From assembly GCA_030640585.1 (NCBI GenBank), contig DAOWIZ010000018.1:1-48068 (forward strand): 48,068 nt of DNA, written 5' to 3'. The position numbers were made by a program, and so were the translations under genes. The DNA comes from Thermoplasmata archaeon. Lineage in GTDB: Archaea; Thermoplasmatota; E2; DHVEG-1. Positions 38,759 to 48,068 of this stretch are shown here, piece after piece. The notes below the pieces were generated by a model that was not told the DNA's origin, searched no databases, and worked only from the letters and a program-made list of their open reading frames with translations. Position 1 is the first letter of the stretch, and each line of letters opens with the position of its first letter.

Positions 38759-39970
38759 TCATTTATCTTTTCTCTCTTCTTTTGATACTTTCAAAAGTGG
38801 TTTAAGTTTCATCAGCAAAGTAGGATGTTTTGTTACAAGTGCTTTGATAAGACCAAGTGTGCTAAGTTCTTCAAAGTTATATTCTTTTAACGAGTCCGCC
38901 AGCATGTTAAACGTTTTATCTTCCATACCAAGCAGTATTTCTTTAACCATATAATTTCTTTTTATCTTCCTTCCCACTGTTTCTTTCCATCTTGTTTCAT
39001 ATTCCATTAAGAAATCCTGGCTGAAATTTTTTGTTTTTACTGCTTTTCCAATAACTTCTCCAGCAATTTTACCTGCTTCCAGGCAATGAGTAAGACCTCC
39101 ACCTGTTATAGGATCAACATGTCTTGCCGCATCACCAACAAGTATTAGATTATCTCTTACTGTTTCAATTGGCATTGCAACTGGTACTGCTCCTGCTAGG
39201 AAACGTACTGGTTCTGCGTTTTTAAACCGCAAGTCTTTTTTTATAAAATCATCAAGTAGTTTTCTTGCCATTCCTGCTTCACTGAGGCTTGCTAGTATTC
39301 CAATTCCTACATTTGCAGAGTCTTTACCTTTTGGAAACACCCATATATATCCACCTGGCGCTATTTTTCTCCCGAGATAAAAATCACAATATGCATCTTT
39401 ACAGTCAATCCCTGTAAGAGTATATTGGGCACATGTTTCCAGGTCCTTTGGTTTAAGAGTAGTGTCAATACCTCCCCAATAACCAATTTTTGATTCTACG
39501 CCGTCAGCACCAACAACAATGTCTGCTTTAACTTCTAGTTCTTCATCAAAATGGTTTACCGTTATTCCTTTAATTTTTCCCTTCTCTTTTAACAAACCTG
39601 TTGCTTGTGCATTCATCATTATCGTTACACCAGCTTTAACGGCACGACGTGCTAATTCCCGATCAAAAATATCACGGTATACCACATATCCTGTTTCATT
39701 TCCCGCTTGGTCTGCACTTAGTGTTACACAAGTCTGGTCAGGTGAGTAGATACGGGCACCATCCATGCGCCCTGCAATCCAGCGGTCCCCTTCGAGCATA
39801 TCCCAGTCATCTATTTTTCTACTGACGCCCTCTCCACAAAGAACCGGTGTACCGATTTCCTGCCGACGTTCTATCATTAACACCTTTGCGCCGTTTTCTG
39901 CTGCAAAACGGGCAGTAACACTCCCAGCAGGTCCACTTCCAACAACGACTACGTCATATTTCATAGTCAA
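38759..39970 (-). CDS. Digeranylgeranylglycerophospholipid reductase (GGR family)
   Basis: VVGSGPAG, PVLCGEG, APGGYIWVFPK, VGDAA...DP.TGGG. Confidence 0.92.
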   Translation of the reverse strand: MTMKYDVVVVGSGPAGSVTARFAAENGAKVLMIERRQEIGTPVLCGEGVSRKIDDWDMLEGDRWIAGRMDGARIYSPDQTCVTLSADQAGNETGYVVYRDIFDRELARRAVKAGVTIMMNAQATGLLKEKGKIKGITVNHFDEELEVKADIVVGADGVESKIGYWGGIDTTLKPKDLETCAQYTLTGIDCKDAYCDFYLGRKIAPGGYIWVFPKGKDSANVGIGILASLSEAGMARKLLDDFIKKDLRFKNAEPVRFLAGAVPVAMPIETVRDNLILVGDAARHVDPITGGGLTHCLEAGKIAGEVIGKAVKTKNFSQDFLMEYETRWKETVGRKIKRNYMVKEILLGMEDKTFNMLADSLKEYNFEELSTLGLIKALVTKHPTLLMKLKPLLKVSKEERKDK

Positions 39971-40158
39971 AATCCTCCATCACCAGATATTGCCCCAACT
40001 GGGCATATCCTTATACAAATTGCACAACTAATACATTTTTCATCATCAACAAATGCTTTATTGCCAATCCATGAAATCGCGTCATGTGGACATACACTAA
40101 TACATCCTCCACACGCTAGGCATTTTTTTTTGTCAACTTTTGCTTTAGGCTTTCCCAT
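39967..40158 (-). CDS. 2x[4Fe-4S] ferredoxin
   Basis: CLACGGCISVCP and CISCAICIRICP; ATGA-coupled to the GGR gene. Confidence 0.93.
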   Translation of the reverse strand: MGKPKAKVDKKKCLACGGCISVCPHDAISWIGNKAFVDDEKCISCAICIRICPVGAISGDGGF

Positions 40159-40717
40159 AACTTTCACCTCGAGTTATACCAGATGCTATCAGATGAGCCA
40201 CACGAATAGGCTCAGGAATTACACCTCGTATTGTAGATATCTTTATTATTTCTTTTGCCTCATCAAGAGTAATTCCAACATATTTAATAAATATAGGATT
40301 ATGAGGTGTTTTTATTTCATGGAGAGTACCTTTTTTAATAAGAAATAATCTTTCCCTCCAATCCTTAAAATTATTTTTTAAAGCACTTTCAATTTTTTCA
40401 AAATCAGGATTGTCTCTTGTAACAGTTATTACAGGAATGTTGGTAGAATTATACAGTTCTTCTATATCTACAACATTAAAACCACCAAGTGAGATTCCAT
40501 CGAGAAGTATTGCTTTTAGCTGTATCTTATGCCTTGTCTCATTTATTAGGTTAATACATGCTTTAGTTGCATCATCTCCATCAATTTCGACAGCACTTTT
40601 GAGAACACACTCGATATAGCCTCCGCCACGCATTACAACTCCTATAATATCTGAATATTTTTCACTAAAGTTGAAAGGCGAATCATCAATTCCAATTAAT
40701 CTTATTTCATCTTTCAT
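40145..40717 (-). CDS. DUF99 family (endonuclease V-like) protein
   Basis: IGIDDSPF, DGDDAT, LDGISLGGFNVVDI, PEPIRVAHLIASG. Confidence 0.9.
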   Translation of the reverse strand: MKDEIRLIGIDDSPFNFSEKYSDIIGVVMRGGGYIECVLKSAVEIDGDDATKACINLINETRHKIQLKAILLDGISLGGFNVVDIEELYNSTNIPVITVTRDNPDFEKIESALKNNFKDWRERLFLIKKGTLHEIKTPHNPIFIKYVGITLDEAKEIIKISTIRGVIPEPIRVAHLIASGITRGESYGKA

Positions 40718-40898
40718 TTTGTAAACAACCTAAAACATTTGTTTTCTAATAATGTTTCTAATGGTTTACATGTTTTTTTTGACAGTATTAAAGAATATCA
40801 GTCCATTTACACTGCTATTCGAAGATCCAGGTCTTCTCACAGAGTATACAAAAAGAAGAAAATAAAAACCTTCTTTTTTCTTTTTTATCTAGAAAACT

Positions 40899-41261
40899 TT
40901 AGAGTAGTGGCAAATCACCAGTTACTTGGTCAATAATATTATCTGGTGCCGGGCCAAGCCCTAGAACTGTTTTTGTACCTACAGGAATCTCAGTATGACC
41001 TGCATCAGAAATAATATGGGCTGCTATTTTAAGTTGTATAGCCTGCTCTTTAAGTAAAAAAAAATCTTTTTCACAGTTTACTTTTACAACTGCTTTTTTG
41101 GCACCCTCATTTTGCCATTTGTTAAACCATTTAGAATTATTTTTTTTAGTAGAAAAAGCACATTCAACAGCAGCATGAGCAACCTGGGCGGCGAGTTTAC
41201 CGGGTGAAAGTTTCAAATCTTTACGTGTAACAATCACCATTTTATATTCAAATTCTTTCAT
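40899..41261 (-). CDS. pth2: Peptidyl-tRNA hydrolase Pth2
   Basis: RKDLKLSPGKLAAQVAHA, DAGHTEI..GT.TVLGLGP. Confidence 0.96.
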   Translation of the reverse strand: MKEFEYKMVIVTRKDLKLSPGKLAAQVAHAAVECAFSTKKNNSKWFNKWQNEGAKKAVVKVNCEKDFFLLKEQAIQLKIAAHIISDAGHTEIPVGTKTVLGLGPAPDNIIDQVTGDLPLL

Positions 41262-41643
41262 CTTTTTCGCCTTCTTCCATTTGATTTATTTCACGGAATG
41301 AGTTTTGACGCCATTCTTCACCCATTTCCTCTGCTTTATCATGGTCAATAAGGCCTTTTACTAAAAGAGTTTTTTCCTCTTCTTCAATATGTTTAAGTGG
41401 GACGCCCAGATATTTTGAATTTGCTTTTATAATTATAATATCTCCGTCTACTGCAACACTTTCACCGATTTTTTTGCCCGTTCCATCAAGAACAAAACGA
41501 CAAAGCAAACTATTTTTCATAGTTTCCTCCTTTTCAAACTCTTCATTTCTTTTACCGTTTTGTTTCTTAATATACAAAACTCCTGAAACAAGTTCAACTG
41601 CAATTATTAATGACAGAGTGCCAATGAAAATAATTAATTCCAC
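41248..41643 (-). CDS. Membrane-anchored PRC-barrel-like protein (DUF5749-like)
   Basis: N-terminal TM; RFVLDGTGKKIGESVAV...YLGVPL...A...GE.W. Confidence 0.65.
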   Translation of the reverse strand: MELIIFIGTLSLIIAVELVSGVLYIKKQNGKRNEEFEKEETMKNSLLCRFVLDGTGKKIGESVAVDGDIIIIKANSKYLGVPLKHIEEEEKTLLVKGLIDHDKAEEMGEEWRQNSFREINQMEEGEKDERI

Positions 41644-41704
41644 AGCCCCTGAATCACCGTTTTTTTTATAAATCTTATGCTATATACAACATCGGAAAAA
41701 TAAA

Positions 41705-42892
41705 ATGAAAATATATGATGTAGCGATTGTTGGCGGAGGCCCAATTGGGGGGTATACAGCAAAAAAGATAGCATCAAAAGGGTACAAAGTTGCAATACTG
41801 GAAACAAAAAAAGAAATAGGCATACCGCTAAAATGTGCTGGATTGGTAACTGAACGTGTTTTTGATTTCGTAAATATTCCAAAACAAAATATAGTGCAAA
41901 ACAAAATCAAAGGAGCACGCATCCATTCACCATCTGGTAAAATACTATCTATTGGTGGAGATAAAGTTCATGCTCTTGTAATTGACCGTGAAAATTTTGA
42001 TAAAGAAATCATAAAAAATGCTACCAATTGTGGTGCCAAACTCTATTTAGAAAACAAAGTAACGGCAGTACATAAAACAAAAAGCCATATCGAGATAAAA
42101 ACATCACAAAACATTGATATTAAATGTAAACTTTTAATCGGAGCAGACGGACCTTATTCAAAAATAAGAGGCCAGTTTTCTTTATCTCAACCAACAGAAA
42201 TTCTTAGAGGAATAGGGGAAGAAATAACCAATACTACTTTGGATCCTGATTTTGTAGAAATATTTGTTGGAAAAAATATAGCACCTGGTTTTTTTGCTTG
42301 GATTATACCAACAAATAAAGATGGAACAGAGGCAAGAATTGGTCTATGCACAAAACAGGATGCATCTCATCCACCAAACTATTATTTTTCAAAATTTTTA
42401 GAAAACAGTCAAACACAGCCATTTTTAAATAAATCTAAAATAACCAAGAACATAGGCGGAGTAGTACCACTTGGAACGCCTAAGGAGACATATGCTTCTA
42501 ATATACTGCTTGTAGGTGATGCTGCAGCACAGGTTAAACCAACATCAGGTGGCGGTATCTACACAGGATTGCTATGTGCCGGTCATTGTTCAACAGTTGC
42601 AGTAGATGCATTACAAAAAAACAATTTCACCGATGTCCTTCTTAAAAAATATCAAAAACTCTGGCAAAACGATATCGGTAGAGAACTATCGCGGGGTATG
42701 AAATTTAGACGTGTTTTTATAAACCTAACTGACAAACAAATGGATAAATACATTGAAAAATTCAATAACCCAAAAATCATAGAGACGATAAACAGATATG
42801 GTGACATCGATTACCCTTCAAAACTTGTAAAGCCACTTATTACAAAGAACCCTTCTTTAATCAAAATGCTACCAGGCCTAATTAAAAGATGA
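41705..42892 (+). CDS. Geranylgeranyl reductase family flavoprotein (second paralogue)
   Basis: IVGGGPIG, PLKCAGLV, APGFFAWIIP, VGDAAAQVKPTSGGGI. Confidence 0.9.
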   Translation: MKIYDVAIVGGGPIGGYTAKKIASKGYKVAILETKKEIGIPLKCAGLVTERVFDFVNIPKQNIVQNKIKGARIHSPSGKILSIGGDKVHALVIDRENFDKEIIKNATNCGAKLYLENKVTAVHKTKSHIEIKTSQNIDIKCKLLIGADGPYSKIRGQFSLSQPTEILRGIGEEITNTTLDPDFVEIFVGKNIAPGFFAWIIPTNKDGTEARIGLCTKQDASHPPNYYFSKFLENSQTQPFLNKSKITKNIGGVVPLGTPKETYASNILLVGDAAAQVKPTSGGGIYTGLLCAGHCSTVAVDALQKNNFTDVLLKKYQKLWQNDIGRELSRGMKFRRVFINLTDKQMDKYIEKFNNPKIIETINRYGDIDYPSKLVKPLITKNPSLIKMLPGLIKR

Positions 42893-42911
42893 GAAAACTT
42901 GTTTAAAATCA

Positions 42912-45104
42912 TTATCTGTTTGATGGCGGCGGTGGGATATAATAATCCTGATCTTCGTAACCCGTGACATCTTCTTCTACAGATGGCTTTATGGTTTTTC
43001 CACCTTTTCTCTTTTTTCTAATAATGTAGATTACAATCACTAGAATTATCGTTATAATCAGGCTTAGTATGCATGGCATGAAAATACTGACAATGAATAG
43101 AGGTGATGGTATTATTTTACATGTAACTTCATCTGTCAGGCTGTGTTCATCTGCATTGAATGTTATTTCAATGTACTGTCTGCCGTCGCCCATTTCTTTT
43201 ACATCTACCCGGTTCAATGTATCACTAACTTCTACTGTTGTGCCATGTGGAAAGATCATTCTGTATGTAACACTTTGTTTCTGCAAACCTCCAAAATTAT
43301 AGGTTTTTTCACCTATCTTAAAACTAGGAGGTATAACTGAGAGATCAAATGGTATGGTATACGAGCTATGGGCATACGACTTAACGTTAACTGGGCTTTC
43401 ATCATCCATGTCCATTATGTCGCCATCCCAATTTGTTATAGAGATGTCAAACAGGTCCCTGTCGATGAGACCATCAACTTCCAAATCGCCAAATATGTTT
43501 TTAAGTCTGGTTTCAAAATGATTCTTATTATCATTTAAAAACATGTCTACCGCATTCTTACTGAACACTTTTTCCTCTATGCACAATCTTATGGCGTCTG
43601 CATTCAAAAACTCAAGTATTACCTTGTCAGGTAGGTTTAAACCATCAGGTATTGTTGTCACGCTATAGTTCTTATTTTCCTGCAAAGATAACCCAAAATT
43701 CAGCTCAGTTTTACCTGTAAAAAAACTAAGTAAATTCAAATCAGTACTACTTATTTCAATTTCAACTACGGTATCAATTTTATCCTCCGTATAGTTTTCT
43801 GCAATATCTGATTCAAATATACCTATGATGGGCTTGCTTTGACCCCATATGTAAGTGTTATTTCCGTCTAAATAGAAATTTTCAGGTAGATACAAACTAC
43901 TACTATATTTGTAACCATAACCATTCGAAATCTCATCTAGACCTTCACCGAAATTAACATCCTCTGAAGTGATATTTACTTGTGCGCCTGTGTTAATCAA
44001 TCCAAACAATGCACGGCTAGAAATCCCGCATATCTCAAATGATATATCATTGTCTGTTAACATGGCTTTTACGGGGGTGCTGTTAGCCATATTTGTTATA
44101 ACATATGGTATAGAGATTTCTGTTGTTGTTTCAGGGTCCCAACTGAAAACCATGTCAAGTGTTTGATTAAAACTAGGGGTGTTTTCAACCATTGGTATGA
44201 TTTTATCTTCCACTTTTTCAATTGTTTTAGAGTAAAAATCATCCCAAGTGATAAGACCATTGTCAATAAACAATCTTATCCCGTCTGATGGTACAAAATC
44301 TAACTTATTTACAAAACTAGGTAAAATATCATACTCTCTAATATCTATATTCCTAGCAATAATGTTTGTTATTAAACTAGTTTGATCCATAGTTCTAGTA
44401 TCCAATTCAAATTCTAATTGTATGTCCTCTGATTTTAGTCTAAGTTGGTTATAGTTATCTAGTTTCATCTGCAGTTCAGCAAGGGCTGTAGGATGCATGC
44501 CGTTGCTATTATCCACTTGCCATTGTATCACATTTGCAGTTTCTTCACCATTTGTATAATGCCGTATCATAGGTGTGTTTAGTGAAAATGCATATGTATT
44601 AACCCAACCAGAATTTGCATGTAATGTGAATGTATAATTTGCTATTGCTCCCATATATAAAACGCCATTTGTAAAATTATAGGTGTTTATATTTTCATCC
44701 ATACCAAAAAACAAAGAAGTCAGGTTAACACTGAAATCATCATAAAATATAGCGCCTTCACGGGTAGGTTTTTCATTTAAAGCAGCAACGTTTGCATGTT
44801 CAAATGAATTTTTTAACTGTTCCTTTAGCGAATTTCGTAGAGTTAGCTTTATAGCTCCTATAATTTCTGAGTCATTCAAACTCTGTATTTCGCCACTGGT
44901 ATACGCATTGTCAAACACTGTTATCTGGTTAACGTCCATAGTAACACTGACTTTTAGATCAGATGCTGATGCAAACTCAATGTCAAGACGGGTGGATACT
45001 ATGTTTTCTGTCGGGTCTTCTGCAGATATTACATTACCAACAAAAAGCGAAGTTAACATCGATATGATTATTGTCAATTCTAGTAATTTATACGGTCTCG
45101 TCAT
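42912..45104 (-). CDS. Large acidic secreted protein with C-terminal membrane anchor
   Basis: Signal peptide, C-terminal TM plus RKKRK, many N-x-S/T sequons. Confidence 0.7.
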   Translation of the reverse strand: MTRPYKLLELTIIISMLTSLFVGNVISAEDPTENIVSTRLDIEFASASDLKVSVTMDVNQITVFDNAYTSGEIQSLNDSEIIGAIKLTLRNSLKEQLKNSFEHANVAALNEKPTREGAIFYDDFSVNLTSLFFGMDENINTYNFTNGVLYMGAIANYTFTLHANSGWVNTYAFSLNTPMIRHYTNGEETANVIQWQVDNSNGMHPTALAELQMKLDNYNQLRLKSEDIQLEFELDTRTMDQTSLITNIIARNIDIREYDILPSFVNKLDFVPSDGIRLFIDNGLITWDDFYSKTIEKVEDKIIPMVENTPSFNQTLDMVFSWDPETTTEISIPYVITNMANSTPVKAMLTDNDISFEICGISSRALFGLINTGAQVNITSEDVNFGEGLDEISNGYGYKYSSSLYLPENFYLDGNNTYIWGQSKPIIGIFESDIAENYTEDKIDTVVEIEISSTDLNLLSFFTGKTELNFGLSLQENKNYSVTTIPDGLNLPDKVILEFLNADAIRLCIEEKVFSKNAVDMFLNDNKNHFETRLKNIFGDLEVDGLIDRDLFDISITNWDGDIMDMDDESPVNVKSYAHSSYTIPFDLSVIPPSFKIGEKTYNFGGLQKQSVTYRMIFPHGTTVEVSDTLNRVDVKEMGDGRQYIEITFNADEHSLTDEVTCKIIPSPLFIVSIFMPCILSLIITIILVIVIYIIRKKRKGGKTIKPSVEEDVTGYEDQDYYIPPPPSNR

Positions 45105-45229
45105 TTTATTATTCCCACATCCAGCTTATAAAACTTAAATGTGTAGTATTATAAAAGATTTTGCTCACATTTTAAAATTTTTTACGAAAGCACTAAAAAC
45201 ACATTCGTAATTCCAACCTTTGTAAAGTT

Positions 45230-46093
45230 ATGTATATAATTGGTGGAACTGCATCAGAGTCAATTGCAAGAGATCTTTCAAAAAGACTTAAAGCACCAAT
45301 GGTAAAAACTATTTCTAAACGTTTTCCTGATGATGAGTTATATGTACGGGTTTTAGATGATGTCTCAAATGAACATGTAGCAATTATCCAGACTACTTAC
45401 CCTGATAAAAACATCATAGAATTGTTTTTGTTACAAAATGCTGTGAAAGAAGCAGGTGCAAAAGAAATCACAGTCATCATTCCATATTTTGGCTACGCCC
45501 GTCAGGATACTAAGTTTAAGGATGGTGAACCAATTAGTGCAAAAGCGATTGCGGATCTAATTGGTTTAAATGCTGACCGAGTAATTAATGTTGACCTTCA
45601 TAAGGAATACATCCTTGATTTTTTTTCTGTACCTGCTGAAAGTTGTTCTGCCATTCCTGAATTAGCAATTTTTTTAAAGGGAAAAAATGTTGATTTAGTT
45701 TTGGCACCAGACAAAGGAGCACTTAACAGAGCAAAAACAGCGTCTGAAATTATAGGTTGCGATTTTGATTATATGGAAAAAACCCGTATTGATGGTACGA
45801 CAATAGAGATAAAACCAAAAAACCTAGATGCGCAAAATAAAAACGTTGCAATAATTGATGATATTATTTCTACCGGTGGTACAATGGCTAAATCGATAAA
45901 GGAACTTAAGAAATACGGTGCGAACAAGGTTTTTATAGCATGCACCCACGGTCTTTTTGCTGGTGATGCAATAAAAAAACTTGTATCGGCAGGAGCAGAT
46001 GAAATCATAGCTACTGATACCATAAAAAGTGATTTTAGTAAGGTAAAAATTGCGCCAGCTCTTTATAGACTTTTATCTCCTAAACCAGAGTAA
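45230..46093 (+). CDS. prs: Ribose-phosphate pyrophosphokinase
   Basis: FPDDELYVR, PYFGYARQD, APDKGA, IIDDIISTGGT. Confidence 0.96.
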   Translation: MYIIGGTASESIARDLSKRLKAPMVKTISKRFPDDELYVRVLDDVSNEHVAIIQTTYPDKNIIELFLLQNAVKEAGAKEITVIIPYFGYARQDTKFKDGEPISAKAIADLIGLNADRVINVDLHKEYILDFFSVPAESCSAIPELAIFLKGKNVDLVLAPDKGALNRAKTASEIIGCDFDYMEKTRIDGTTIEIKPKNLDAQNKNVAIIDDIISTGGTMAKSIKELKKYGANKVFIACTHGLFAGDAIKKLVSAGADEIIATDTIKSDFSKVKIAPALYRLLSPKPE

Positions 46094-46159
46094 AAAATTT
46101 TAGATAACTTATTTATAAGGCTATAGTTTTACGGTTGTGTTTGTCCATAGGTGAAATTC

Positions 46160-48068
46160 ATGCGAAAAAGAGCACAGAGAAAGGCTAGATCTACTACTGA
46201 TGAGTTAAGGCCAAGGCACATTATGCAGAAAACAGAAATTCAGAGAAAACCAACAGACGGCATTAAAAAGAACTGGTGGGTAGCAGTAGCTCTCATTGGT
46301 ATTTTTTTGCTAGTGTTATTTTTCACATCATATTTCAATATCACAAGTGAAGTTGCTGTTAACCCAGATGGTACTGGACTTTCTAAATATTACCTTTCTG
46401 GTCCTGACCCGTATTACAATATGAGGCTTGTAGATCAAACACTTTATGGTGAAAATAAAGGTTGTTACCCTTTCTATAGTGATGTTGATCCATTGCTTAA
46501 TTATCCATTTGGGAGAAGTGGTGATCGTGCTCCGTTGTTTAACATGATGGCTATAAGTTTCAGTAGGTTTCTAGCACCATTCATGCCTGAGATTGATGCA
46601 GTTGGTTACGCTATGCAGTTTGTGCCGGCGCTTTTTGGAGCTCTTCTTGTATTCCCAGTTTATTTCATCGGTAAAACGATTTATAGTACGAAGGCAGGTT
46701 TGTTAGCTGCATTATTTATTGCAATTATTCCCATTCATTTAGGATCTGGCCACGGTTCATCTTATTCTCTTTTTGACCACGACTCTTTCAACTTATTTTT
46801 ATTTGCCTTGACATTTTTATTCCTTATAAAGAGCATCAAAGAAAAAAATCAGACAAGGTCTGTGTTGTATGCAATTCTTGGTGGTATTCCTCTTGCTGCC
46901 CTGTCTATGACATGGGTAGAAGCTCGGTTTCTGTATGTTGTTATAGCAGTTTATGCAATTGTACAAATGTTCGTTGATATTTTTACTGGTAAGATAAATA
47001 CTAGAGCATTCCTCACTCCAACGATATTGCTTTTTACGGGTTACATTATTTCCCTTCCAGTTATTATGTCAAAAGCTGGTGGTTATTCGGCAGATATCCC
47101 ACTATATTTATGTCTGGCTGTCGGATTGTTTGGATTAATATATATATCCTTCGGTAAAAAACGAATACCGTGGACATTGTCTTTACCTGCTGTTTTTGGT
47201 GTCGCAGGTATAGGCTTTCTCTTCTTATATTTCATTGACGAAGTTTCCAGGGTGGTACCAGCTTTTTCAAGCCTTTACAGATTGTCAGATATTGTATTTG
47301 GATCTGGTATTTATGGTCAGAAAGTATCACTTACAATTGCAGAGGCAAACACATATGCCATAAGCCGTACTGTTATGAGTTTTGGCCCAGCTCTTTATTG
47401 GATGGGATGGATTGGTTTCTTGTGTATCGTATATTACTATTTGAAAGACAAGGAACGTAAAGACTATCTGTTCCTTGCAACAGTATTTGTCATAGACATT
47501 TGGCTTGCTAGTATCGCTGGGCGTTTTATTAACGACTTAGTGCCATTGATTGCTATTTTTGCAAGTATATCTTTATGTGTCCTTTTGGACAAGGTTGATT
47601 ATAAGCAGATGTTGAAAAGCATTAAAGGTGCTGGTGGCGGACTACATGGTTTAAGGAGAGGTATAAACACTCTTCATATTTTTGGCATTCTTTTTATCAC
47701 GGTTATGATTATATTTCCAGGTGTTTATCTTGCCTTTGACGCCTCAGTTCCAGTCATAAAAAAAGGAGAGATAATGGTAAATCCTTTTGATGAAAGTCAG
47801 ACACTTGCTTCTGCTGGCTTTGGTCTTTATTTATACACTGAGCAGTACTGGGTTGATCCTCTACTTTGGCTTAGCACCCAAGATACAGATATAGAAGATC
47901 CAGCCAAGCGTCCTGCTGTAATGTCCTGGTGGGATTACGGGTTTTATGAATCAGCAATAGGCGGTCATCCTACTGTTGCTGATAATTTCCAGGATGGAAT
48001 TCCACCTGCATCTAATTTTCATACATCTGGTAGTGAGCAAGAGGCAGTAGCAATATGGATTATCCGTC
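46160..48068 (+). CDS. aglB: Oligosaccharyltransferase AglB (STT3), running off the window end (not in the ORF track)
   Basis: ATG 46160; GPDPYY, DPLLNYP, FDHD, TIAE, and MSWWDYG at 47921 in the same frame. Confidence 0.93.
   Translation, partial: MRKRAQRKARSTTDELRPRHIMQKTEIQRKPTDGIKKNWWVAVALIGIFLLVLFFTSYFNITSEVAVNPDGTGLSKYYLSGPDPYYNMRLVDQTLYGENKGCYPFYSDVDPLLNYPFGRSGDRAPLFNMMAISFSRFLAPFMPEIDAVGYAMQFVPALFGALLVFPVYFIGKTIYSTKAGLLAALFIAIIPIHLGSGHGSSYSLFDHDSFNLFLFALTFLFLIKSIKEKNQTRSVLYAILGGIPLAALSMTWVEARFLYVVIAVYAIVQMFVDIFTGKINTRAFLTPTILLFTGYIISLPVIMSKAGGYSADIPLYLCLAVGLFGLIYISFGKKRIPWTLSLPAVFGVAGIGFLFLYFIDEVSRVVPAFSSLYRLSDIVFGSGIYGQKVSLTIAEANTYAISRTVMSFGPALYWMGWIGFLCIVYYYLKDKERKDYLFLATVFVIDIWLASIAGRFINDLVPLIAIFASISLCVLLDKVDYKQMLKSIKGAGGGLHGLRRGINTLHIFGILFITVMIIFPGVYLAFDASVPVIKKGEIMVNPFDESQTLASAGFGLYLYTEQYWVDPLLWLSTQDTDIEDPAKRPAVMSWWDYGFYESAIGGHPTVADNFQDGIPPASNFHTSGSEQEAVAIWIIR

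Noticed and set aside
40795-40845. Possible C/D box sRNA on the minus strand (GTGAGA...CTGA)
   Set aside because: Box C is degenerate, C'/D' boxes are unclear, and no target can be verified from this window.
1027-46023. Many short antisense or alternate-frame ORFs in the track (e.g. 1027-1299, 2563-2949, 8578-8946, 30274-30753, 35217-35696)
   Set aside because: They shadow well-supported genes and show no recognisable motifs.

Overview
Archaeal chromosomal segment. Gene content and small conserved ORFs suggest Thermoplasmatota (inference, not verified). The backbone is housekeeping: glnA, a LolD/MacB-type ABC transporter, orc1/cdc6 with an adjacent ORB-bearing replication origin, cdc48, ppsA, pdaD, a JAMM protease, nadK, two geranylgeranyl reductases, pth2, prs and aglB. 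The main feature is a 19,012-bp mobile element (11084-30095) inserted in a TctA-family transporter gene. It has 13-bp perfect terminal inverted repeats (CAGTAGTTCCGAA) and a 5-bp target-site duplication (TCCTC). Removing it restores a 446-aa reading frame. The element carries one ISH3-family DDE transposase and about 25 cargo genes: a NotI-like restriction-modification pair, a SAMHD1-like HD hydrolase, several nucleases, RAMA, Trypco2-like and Zn-finger proteins, and small regulators. Part of the cargo is punctuated by a repeated 25-bp palindromic motif. Secondary observations are two related GC-rich structured intergenic elements (candidate ncRNAs) and an apparently non-canonical start codon for cdc6. 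All protein family calls come from motif recognition by eye, not from database searches.
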